From Lysobacterales bacterium (GTDB taxonomy: Bacteria > Pseudomonadota > Gammaproteobacteria > Xanthomonadales > SZUA-36): a stretch of DNA of 27,799 nt. Position 1 is the stretch's first letter; each line of letters begins with the position of its first letter. This document shows, one piece after another, positions 7,968 to 15,049 of the stretch. Below the pieces are notes generated by a model. That model saw only the letters and a list, made by a program, of their open reading frames with translations, did not search any database and had not been told where the DNA came from. The position numbers and the translations under genes were made by a program. The stretch lies in the NCBI GenBank assembly GCA_041584255.1, contig JBFHEJ010000001.1:1-27799 (forward strand), given 5' to 3'.

Positions 7968-9167
7968 ATGCCTGAAGTGCGATCCAAAGTCGCCAAAAAG
8001 CTGCTGATTTCCCTGCTCATGCTGCCTGGACTGGTGTCGGGCGCGCATGCCGGTGTCCTGTTGCCGGCCGGTTTTGCCGGTGGCGGCGGCGGCCTCACGT
8101 CTTTCTACGTGATCGGGTTTGAGCTGGGACCGTGGCAGGATTACCTTGCGCGCGAGTTGACGCCCAGCTACCTGTTGCCGGAACAGGTGGCGCCGATCCA
8201 CGTGTCCTGGTTGCATCGCGACGAGGTCATGATCCTGCCCGATTTCGGCATCGCTCTCCTCAACAACCGGAACTTCGACCTCAAGCTGGACATGCAGTGG
8301 CAGTCGACCTCCGAATTCATGTGGCCTGACTTTGAGCCTGAGTCCATTTACGACGGCAGCCGCTTCGAGCGGCAGTATTTTGCGCCGGGCCTGGAGAGCG
8401 CTTTTGGCGACAACGGCATCCTGGGCGTATCCGCTGTCATCGCCTATCAGCGCTACTCGGCCGCCGGACTCGGTTTGCGGGCGGCGGATTATCCGGACAA
8501 CAGCTTCTTCGAATATCCCAGCTACCGGCCTTACCAGGAGTCCGGATACGGCACCGGCGTGCGTCTTGACCTGAGGCAGGAAGTCACGCAGGGCTTCGCC
8601 CTTGACGCCGGCTACCAGTCGCGCATCGACATGGAAGAGTTCGCCGCTTTTCACGGCGTCTACTCGAACCCGGCCGACCTCGACATCCCGGCCCGCGCCA
8701 GGCTTGGCCTGGCCTTTCAGGCGAGCCGGAATTCGTGGCTGAATCTCGCGGTGGAGCGCGTGATGTACAGCGACATCAGCGCCTTCCCGAGCCGCTACCT
8801 GCCCAACCGCTTCTTGTCGCTCCTGGGTGACTCCAGCAGCCCGCAGTTCTCGTGGGACGACCTGACGGTTTACACCGTCGGCTGGGCCTGGAGCGACGGA
8901 CTCGACCAGCAATGGCACATCGACCTGAGCTCGGCCACGCAGCCGCTGCCGACGTCGTATTCACTGAGCCAGGCACTGGCCGGTGAACTGGCCGACAGCG
9001 CCATGACCATCGGCTATTCACGCCGCACCGGCGCGCAGAGCTGGCTGCGGTTCAACGCCGCATGGGCGCCGTCCGAATTCGCGTTCGGCGGCAGCGTGCT
9101 TGGCGTAACCACGGACAACCTGGACCAGAACATCGAAATAGAAGCCCTCTGGACGCTTGATTTTTGA
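7968..9167 (+). CDS. Outer-membrane beta-barrel protein, FadL/OmpP1-like, divergent N-terminus
   Basis: SD-like AGGTAGG before ATG 7968; signal peptide ending AHA; alternating amphipathic strands; FadL-family-like segments (QYFAPG...GVSAVIAYQRYSAAGLG, GYQSRIDM..F, DLDIPA, FSWDDLTVYTVG); C-terminal beta-signal WTLDF. Confidence 0.7.
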   Translation: MPEVRSKVAKKLLISLLMLPGLVSGAHAGVLLPAGFAGGGGGLTSFYVIGFELGPWQDYLARELTPSYLLPEQVAPIHVSWLHRDEVMILPDFGIALLNNRNFDLKLDMQWQSTSEFMWPDFEPESIYDGSRFERQYFAPGLESAFGDNGILGVSAVIAYQRYSAAGLGLRAADYPDNSFFEYPSYRPYQESGYGTGVRLDLRQEVTQGFALDAGYQSRIDMEEFAAFHGVYSNPADLDIPARARLGLAFQASRNSWLNLAVERVMYSDISAFPSRYLPNRFLSLLGDSSSPQFSWDDLTVYTVGWAWSDGLDQQWHIDLSSATQPLPTSYSLSQALAGELADSAMTIGYSRRTGAQSWLRFNAAWAPSEFAFGGSVLGVTTDNLDQNIEIEALWTLDF

Positions 9168-10261
9168 ATCTGTTCACTGACTGGTTCAAGCGGTCATTTT
9201 CCGACCCGCAAGTTGTAATTCTCGGCCTGTTCCTGATCATCGGCCTGGCCATCATTATTGGCCTGGGCAGCTGGCTGGCGCCGATGTTCGCCGCCGTCGT
9301 GATCGCCTACCTGCTCGAGGGCATCGTTGGCCGGCTGCGCAAATTCGGCATGCCGCGCCTGCCGGCGGTGATCCTGGTGTTCCTGCTGTTCCTGGCGGTG
9401 CTGGCCTTCATGCTGCTGGGGCTGGTGCCGATGCTTTCCCGCCAGCTCACCCAGCTGGTGCAGCAATTTCCGAGCTACATCAGCCAGGGCCAGGTGCTTC
9501 TCAAGGAGTTGCCGGCCAATTACCCGCAGCTGATTTCCGAGCAGCAGGTCCAGACCTTCATCGCCAGCCTCGGCGACGAGTTCGCCAGCCTCGGCCAGCG
9601 CGTTTTGAGCTGGTCGCTGGCCTCGGTGGCCGGCGTGGTGGTGCTGGTGGTCTACCTGATCCTGGTGCCGGTGCTGGTGTTTTTCCTGCTCAAGGACAAG
9701 CGCCTGTTGCTTGACTGGGCGTTGAACTACCTCCCCAAGGAGCGCCACCTCGCGTCGGTGGTGTGGGCCGAATCCGAAGCGCAAATCGCCAACTACGTGC
9801 GCGGCAAGGCTACCGAGATCCTGATCGTCGGCGCCGTAACGTACATCACATTCAAATTCCTCGGCCTGCAGTACTCCGCGCTGCTGGCCACGCTGGTCGG
9901 GTTCTCGGTGCTGATCCCCTACATCGGCGCCGCGGTGGTCACCATACCCATCGCCTTCGTGGCCTATTTCCAGTACGGCTGGAACTGGGACTTCGGCCAG
10001 GTCCTGATCGCCTACGCCATCATCCAGGCGCTCGACGGCAACGTGCTGGTCCCGCTGCTGTTCTCCGAGGTCGTCGACCTGCACCCCATCGCCATCATCC
10101 TGGCGATCCTGGTGTTCGGCGGCCTGTGGGGCTTTTGGGGCGTGTTCTTCGCCATCCCGCTGGCCACCCTGGTCAACGCCATCCTGCGCGCCTGGCCGAA
10201 GAAGTCACCGCCACCCCCAGACGACGAATCCACCGAACCCGAACCCGAAACCGCCGGATAG
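9164..10261 (+). CDS. perM: AI-2E family transporter (PerM/YfgO-like)
   Basis: Multi-TM protein with NYVRGKATEIL, FSVLIPYIGA, IIQALDGNVLVPLLFSEVVDLHPIAIILAILVFGGLWGFWGVFFAIPLA; TTG start overlaps the upstream TGA. Confidence 0.9.
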   Translation: MNLFTDWFKRSFSDPQVVILGLFLIIGLAIIIGLGSWLAPMFAAVVIAYLLEGIVGRLRKFGMPRLPAVILVFLLFLAVLAFMLLGLVPMLSRQLTQLVQQFPSYISQGQVLLKELPANYPQLISEQQVQTFIASLGDEFASLGQRVLSWSLASVAGVVVLVVYLILVPVLVFFLLKDKRLLLDWALNYLPKERHLASVVWAESEAQIANYVRGKATEILIVGAVTYITFKFLGLQYSALLATLVGFSVLIPYIGAAVVTIPIAFVAYFQYGWNWDFGQVLIAYAIIQALDGNVLVPLLFSEVVDLHPIAIILAILVFGGLWGFWGVFFAIPLATLVNAILRAWPKKSPPPPDDESTEPEPETAG

Positions 10262-10269
10262 CCAAGCGG

Positions 10270-10458
10270 TCCAGTTCAATGTCCCGAGGCCAAGGGCGGA
10301 CAGTCCCTTCGCCCACGATCGAATGGTCCGCGAGGGACTACCCTCGCTCGTCATCGCTTTGTGCGCACGCCCATACACCACGTCCCTGTGCTGGATGGGC
10401 TAATTTCGCTTCCATGCGAAATTACGCAGTCGCTCCTGGCTCGCTCGGCATTCTCAAC
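10270..10458 (-). repeat. Structured intergenic repeat, copy 1 (GGA-loop hairpins read on the minus strand)
   Basis: Hairpins gcccat/atgggc (10369-10400) and taatttcgc/gcgaaatta (10401-10424); minus-strand loop contexts ACAGGGACGT and GCATGGAAGC; the segment ccctcgctcgtcatcgctttgtgcgcacgccc aligns with copies 2 and 3. Confidence 0.7.
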
Positions 10459-10507
10459 GTGGCCGAATGAACTGATCCGCCCTTGACCGGACAGTGCCGG
10501 AGAGCGC

Positions 10508-10730
10508 CGATGCCGGATGGTGGTATTGGCATTTGTCGATTTGGGAGCGCCGAGCGACGCAGCTGCGACTGGACAGCGAGGCAGGAGTCGAGCTAGCGAA
10601 TGCAGAACACGGACGTTCTGTCATTCGCGTGTCCACCAAGCGGCAAGAAGCGAGGGGAGCCGCGTAGCGGCCGCGGATACATGAGACGAGTGGCAATACC
10701 ACCATCCGGCATCGCTGGAGAATGGGAACC
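10508..10730 (+). repeat. Structured intergenic repeat, copy 2, bounded by a perfect 21-bp inverted repeat (MITE-like or ncRNA)
   Basis: cgatgccggatggtggtattg (10508-10528) is the exact reverse complement of 10694-10714; internal 13-bp hairpin 10596-10628 with loop context ACACGGACGT; homologous to copy 1 in the opposite orientation. Confidence 0.75.
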
Positions 10731-10740
10731 CCTTGTTGGC

Positions 10741-12135
10741 TCAGAGTGCGTCGGAGGCGAAGTCGGCCAGCCGCGAACGCTCGCCGCGGCGCAGCGTGAT
10801 GTGGCCGGAGTGGTCCCAGGTCTTGAAGCGGTCGACCGCGAAGGTCAGCCCGGAGGTGGTCTCGGTGAGGTAGGGGGTGTCGATCTGCTCGACATTGCCC
10901 AGGCACACCATCTTGGTGCCGGGGCCGGCGCGGGTCAGCAGGGCCTTCATCTGCTTGGGCGTGATGTTCTGCGCCTCGTCGATGATCACGAAGCGGTTGA
11001 GGAAGGTGCGCCCGCGCATGAAATTCAGCGCTCGTACCTTCACGCGGCTGGCCAGCAGATCCTGGGTCGCGGCGCGGCCCCATTCGCCGCCTTCCTGGCC
11101 CTCGGTGAGGACTTCGAGGTTGTCGGTCAGGGCGCCCATCCACGGCGTCATCTTCTCTTCCTCGGTGCCGGGCAGGTAGCCGATGTCTTCGCCGATGGAC
11201 ACCGTGGCACGGGTGACGATGATTTCGCTGTAGCGCTTCTCGTCCATGGTCTGGGCCAGCCCTGCCGCCAGGGTCAGCAGCGTCTTGCCGGTGCCGGCCG
11301 TGCCCATCAGCGTGACGAAGTCGACATCCGGGTCGGTCAGCAGGTTGAGGGCGTAATTCTGCTCGCGGTTTCGCGCATGGATGCCCCACACGTTTCTTTT
11401 GCCGGAATAATATTCGTCGGCGAGCTGCAGCAGGACGCTGTCCTTTTCGACCACCTTGACCACCGCCTCGATCGGGTTGGAATCGCCGATCACCACGCAT
11501 TGCCGGGGATACCAGTCTTCGCCATTGCTGCGCGGGACGCGGTAGAAGGTCTTGCTGCCCTCGTTCCAGGATTCCAGGTCGGGCGATTGTTCCCAGAAAT
11601 CGTCGGGCAATTCCCTGATGCCCTTGTACAACAGGCTGAGGTCGTCCAGCGCCTTGTCGTTGTAATAGTCCTCGGCGTGCACGCCCAGGATCGCGGCCTT
11701 GATGCGCAGGTTGATGTCCTTGGAGACCAGCACGATCTGGCCGTGGCCGTTCTGGTCCTGCAGGGCGAGGGCGGTGCTCAGAATCTCGTTGTCCGCAAAC
11801 GAACCGTCGCGCAGCAAACTCGAGTGGATCTCGGGCATGCTGGTCTGGAAATAGAGGTGCCCGGTTCCGACATCGAGTTCCAGGCCTTCCGGCTGCTTCA
11901 GGGCCAGCCCGTTCTCGAGATCGTCGACGCCCTGGCGCTGCATCAGCTCGCCGATGAAGCGGCTGACCTGGCGGACGTTGCGAGCCACCTCGGAAAGACC
12001 TTTCTTGGCGGCGTCGAGTTCCTCGAGCACCATCATGGGGATGAAGACGTCGTGTTCCTCGAAGCGGAATATCGCGCTGGGATCGTGCATCAGCACGTTG
12101 GTGTCGAGGATATACAGGCGCGTGTTCTTGCCCAT
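10741..12135 (-). CDS. PhoH-family protein with N-terminal PIN domain (PhoH2/YlaK-like)
   Basis: PIN acidic residues in LDTNV, VLEELD, ADNEIL, SKDINLR; PhoH ATPase Walker A GTAGTGKT, FMRGRTF, IIDEAQN, KMVCLGNVEQIDTPYL. Confidence 0.92.
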   Translation of the reverse strand: MGKNTRLYILDTNVLMHDPSAIFRFEEHDVFIPMMVLEELDAAKKGLSEVARNVRQVSRFIGELMQRQGVDDLENGLALKQPEGLELDVGTGHLYFQTSMPEIHSSLLRDGSFADNEILSTALALQDQNGHGQIVLVSKDINLRIKAAILGVHAEDYYNDKALDDLSLLYKGIRELPDDFWEQSPDLESWNEGSKTFYRVPRSNGEDWYPRQCVVIGDSNPIEAVVKVVEKDSVLLQLADEYYSGKRNVWGIHARNREQNYALNLLTDPDVDFVTLMGTAGTGKTLLTLAAGLAQTMDEKRYSEIIVTRATVSIGEDIGYLPGTEEEKMTPWMGALTDNLEVLTEGQEGGEWGRAATQDLLASRVKVRALNFMRGRTFLNRFVIIDEAQNITPKQMKALLTRAGPGTKMVCLGNVEQIDTPYLTETTSGLTFAVDRFKTWDHSGHITLRRGERSRLADFASDAL

Positions 12136-12170
12136 GGTCGTCGGTCAGTTGGAAAGGGCGCTGAAAAAGC

Positions 12171-12644
12171 TCAAAGCGCGCGGACGGCTTCGAGCACTTC
12201 GTCGACGTGGCCAGGCACGCGGACTTTTCGCCATTCCTGGCGCAGCACGCCTTTCTTGTCGATCAGGAAGGTGCTCCGTTCGATGCCCATGACCTTGCGG
12301 CCGTACATGTTCTTTTCCTTGATGACGTCAAACTGGCGGCACAGCTCTTCGTCCGCGTCTGACAACAACTCGAAAGGAAACTTTTGCTTGGCCTTGAAGT
12401 TTTCATGGGCCTTGAGGCTGTCACGCGACACGCCGAGGATCTCGGCGCCGGCGGACTTGAATGGCTTGTAAGCGTCGCGAAAATCCTGGCCTTCGCGCGT
12501 GCAACCGGGCGTGTTGTCGCGGGGATAGAAGTAAAGTACGAGGTGGCGGTTCTTGAAGTCCTTGAGGGAAAGTGTCTTGTCGCCGGTGGCGGGAAGCGAG
12601 AAGTCAGCGACTTTTTCGCCTACCCGGGGTGTTTTACTTGCCAT
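12171..12644 (-). CDS. bcp: Peroxiredoxin Bcp/PrxQ
   Basis: VLYFYPRDNTPGCTRE (PxxxTxxC), GVSRDS, FELLSD, IERSTFLID. Confidence 0.95.
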   Translation of the reverse strand: MASKTPRVGEKVADFSLPATGDKTLSLKDFKNRHLVLYFYPRDNTPGCTREGQDFRDAYKPFKSAGAEILGVSRDSLKAHENFKAKQKFPFELLSDADEELCRQFDVIKEKNMYGRKVMGIERSTFLIDKKGVLRQEWRKVRVPGHVDEVLEAVRAL

Positions 12645-12645
12645 A

Positions 12646-12658
12646 AATCAATGATTTC
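12646..12658 (+). promoter_or_regulatory. Possible IHF site between bcp and dapA
   Basis: AATCAATGATTTC matches WATCAANNNNTT but ends in C rather than R. Confidence 0.3.
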
Positions 12659-12732
12659 CAGTGGCCTTGGCCAATCAGTCAAATGACGGGGATTCCCGCG
12701 GCAGGGGCCGGGGTCGGTCGGGTGCAGGATAC

Positions 12733-12761
12733 TTGTCAGTCCGGGACGCCGCAAGTACCAT
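12733..12761 (+). promoter_or_regulatory. Sigma70-type promoter for dapA
   Basis: TTGTCA (12733-12738)-N17-TACCAT (12756-12761), 30 nt upstream of the likely ATG. Confidence 0.6.
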
Positions 12762-12790
12762 GGCCGGCACTTTTGGCAGGTACCCGGCGC

Positions 12791-13678
12791 ATGTTTCACG
12801 GCAGTATCGTTGCCCTGATTACCCCATTCACGGATGACGGAGGCATTGACTTCCCGGCCCTCGAGAGGCTGGTGTCTTTCCATGTCAGCGCCGGGACAGA
12901 CGGGTTGGTCGTGGCCGGCACCACCGGCGAGTCCGCAACCCTGGAGGAAAGCGAGTACGCGCGCCTGGTCGAGGAGACTGTCCGCCTGGCGGACGGACAG
13001 GTGCCGGTGATCGCCGGCTCGGGGTCGGCCTCCACCAGGCATTCAGTCGAACGGAGTCTTACGGCGGAGAGGCTGGGGGCGTCCGGCGTGCTGGTCGTGA
13101 CCCCGTACTACAATCGCCCCACCCAGGGGGGTCTGGTGCAACACTTCACCGTCATCGCGGATGCGATATCGATTCCTCTCCTCCTGTACAACGTGCCATC
13201 CAGGACTTCGGTGGACCTCAAGCCGCAGACCGCGGCGGCGCTGTCCCGGCATCCGCGCATCGTCGGTTTCAAGGAAGCCTTTGCCGACATGGACCGGATC
13301 AAGTTCCTGGTTGCCGCCTGCGGCCCTGATTTCGTCATTCTCAGCGGCGACGATCCCAGTTGCCTCGAGGCCATGCGGTTGGGGGCCCGCGGTGTGGTCT
13401 CGGTGGCGGCCAACATCGTGCCCAGCGAGATGCACGAATTGTGCGAGGCCGCCCTGGTCGGTGACTGGGGCCGCGCTGAGGGCATCGACGGCAAACTCGG
13501 GCATCTCTATGAAACCCTGGCGCTCGAAACCAATCCAATTCCTGTAAAATGGGCTGTTTTCGAAATGGGCCTGGCCGGCGCTGGCATCCGGTTGCCGTTA
13601 ACGCCTCTCGACGCGGACAATCGCGGCACGATCCGGGATTGCCTGGACCGGCTGGAAATTTCCCGCATGGAACACTGA
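12791..13678 (+). CDS. dapA: 4-hydroxy-tetrahydrodipicolinate synthase
   Basis: MFHGSIVALITPF, GTTGES, VTPYYNRP, LYNVPSRT, catalytic IVGFKEA, LSGDD, ETNPIPVKW. Confidence 0.97.
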   Translation: MFHGSIVALITPFTDDGGIDFPALERLVSFHVSAGTDGLVVAGTTGESATLEESEYARLVEETVRLADGQVPVIAGSGSASTRHSVERSLTAERLGASGVLVVTPYYNRPTQGGLVQHFTVIADAISIPLLLYNVPSRTSVDLKPQTAAALSRHPRIVGFKEAFADMDRIKFLVAACGPDFVILSGDDPSCLEAMRLGARGVVSVAANIVPSEMHELCEAALVGDWGRAEGIDGKLGHLYETLALETNPIPVKWAVFEMGLAGAGIRLPLTPLDADNRGTIRDCLDRLEISRMEH

Positions 13679-13719
13679 CGAAGGCGGCGCGCCTGAGTGG
13701 CGCGGCGTCCGGGTAAACG

Positions 13720-14334
13720 ATGAAAATAACCAGTAATTTGTGGATTGTAATGGTGCTGACAGCACCCCTGCTGGCGTCCTGTGGCCTCTTCGGGGACAAG
13801 GATCCGGAGTACTACGGCGTGGCTGAAGTTCAGCTGCTGACCGTGCCGGATGGCATGGATTCCCCCATTGCGCCGACGGCCCTGATCATCGACATCCCTC
13901 CCATGCCACTGCCGCAAAGCGAACTGAACGATGTGCCCCCGCGCGTGCTGGCCAACCAATCGGCCAAGAACGCCAATACCAGCCTGCACTGGTCGGCCGA
14001 CGGCGTTTACATCCTGGTGAAGGACTCCGCCGACAGCGTTCAGCGCCGCCTGGGTTATGTGATCGAACGCAGTGGCATGGGCTTGCTGGGGCGCGGCCCG
14101 GACGGCAATTACCGTTTCGAATACCGCCACGTGCGTCCCGAGGGCAACGAGGGATTTTTCAGCAAGGTGGCTTTCTGGCGTGACGACCCACCCGACTACA
14201 GCGGCAGCTACGAAACGCTGCTGCGGCCCGAGGGCCAGAACACCCGGGTATTCGTCCGTTATGCCGATGGTGGCGAGGTGCCGATGGAAGCTGCAGAACA
14301 GGTGCTTGCCATCCTCAAGGAGCGTCTCGGCTAG
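13720..14334 (+). CDS. Outer-membrane lipoprotein, short BamC/NlpB-like
   Basis: Lipobox LLASC; L-VP-G-D-P N-terminal pattern; directly downstream of dapA like bamC in other Gammaproteobacteria; only 204 aa. Confidence 0.65.
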   Translation: MKITSNLWIVMVLTAPLLASCGLFGDKDPEYYGVAEVQLLTVPDGMDSPIAPTALIIDIPPMPLPQSELNDVPPRVLANQSAKNANTSLHWSADGVYILVKDSADSVQRRLGYVIERSGMGLLGRGPDGNYRFEYRHVRPEGNEGFFSKVAFWRDDPPDYSGSYETLLRPEGQNTRVFVRYADGGEVPMEAAEQVLAILKERLG

Positions 14335-14349
14335 CGTTCCTGGCCGGGC

Positions 14350-14673
14350 TTACTTTTCCAGGAGCTGCAGTTTCCCTTCTTTGCCGTCCCACTCGACCGC
14401 ATCGGCCGGCGGCTCCTGGCGCTCCGTGATCACCGGCCATTCCAGTGACAATTCGGCGTTGAGTTCGAGAAAGTGTTCCTGGCCCGGAGGGATGTCGTCT
14501 TCGGGGTAAATCGCCTCGGCCGGGCACTCCGGTTCGCACAGCGTGCAGTCGATGCATTCCTCGGGGTCGATGACGAGGAAATTCGGACCTTCATGAAAGC
14601 AGTCCACAGGGCAGACTTCCACGCAATCCGTGTATTTGCACTTGATGCAATTTTCAGTAACGACAAAAGTCAT
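14350..14673 (-). CDS. fdxA: 7Fe ferredoxin ([3Fe-4S]/[4Fe-4S])
   Basis: [26 protein letters not shown]...[22 protein letters not shown]. Confidence 0.97.
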   Translation of the reverse strand: MTFVVTENCIKCKYTDCVEVCPVDCFHEGPNFLVIDPEECIDCTLCEPECPAEAIYPEDDIPPGQEHFLELNAELSLEWPVITERQEPPADAVEWDGKEGKLQLLEK

Positions 14674-14761
14674 TCAAAGCGTCTCACGCGACGAATTTGC
14701 CGGCTAATTACACACCTTTGGTCCTTGCATCACGCCGGCTCGGGCCTGCTTTTCCTTGCTC

Positions 14762-14786
14762 CGCAGGCAAAGCCATATTGCCTGCG
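14762..14786. other. 9-bp perfect hairpin between tRNA-Glu and fdxA
   Basis: cgcaggcaa-agccata-ttgcctgcg; no U-tract on either strand, so more likely a processing/stability element than an intrinsic terminator. Confidence 0.45.
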
Positions 14787-14824
14787 AAGGCGGCTGCGCT
14801 CGACGGGGTCAATTTTGAAAGACC

Positions 14825-14899
14825 TGGCGCTCCCTACGAGAATCGAACTCGTGTTTCCGCCTTGAGAGGGCGGCGTCCTGACCGCTAGACGAAGGGAGC
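14825..14899 (-). tRNA. tRNA-Glu (anticodon CUC), CCA encoded
   Basis: Minus strand GCTCCCT..AGGGAGC acceptor stem, anticodon arm CCGCC-CTCTCAA-GGCGG, T-loop GTTCGATTC, 3' GCCA; 75 nt. Confidence 0.97.
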
Positions 14900-15049
14900 G
14901 ATGCGGGCCTTATGGATCAATCTATGTTGACCGGGCGCTCATGTTAAACTAGCGCGCCCAAGGTCATCAATCCTGAAGTCATCATTAATTACACGCGCGA
15001 TAAGACCGATTCTTAAGATAGCGACTTACCGAATTCCTGGAAGGCCATC

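Noticed and set aside
10262-10740. CRISPR array
   Set aside because: No regularly spaced identical direct repeats with unique spacers, and no cas genes.
10600-12471. 623-aa plus-strand ORF, and similar long antisense ORFs (3188-4528, 5895-7115, 7956-8918, 9194-10084, 22274-23476, 23927-25042)
   Set aside because: They mirror well-supported genes on the opposite strand and have no recognisable motifs; typical shadow ORFs of GC-rich coding DNA.
14674-14825. Genomic island integrated at the tRNA-Glu 3' end
   Set aside because: No integrase, no duplicated tRNA 3' fragment and no compositional shift; fdxA follows directly.
14825-14899. Functional link between this tRNA-Glu and the Tus thiolation cluster
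   Set aside because: The anticodon is CUC (C34), so it is not a substrate for s2U34 formation.
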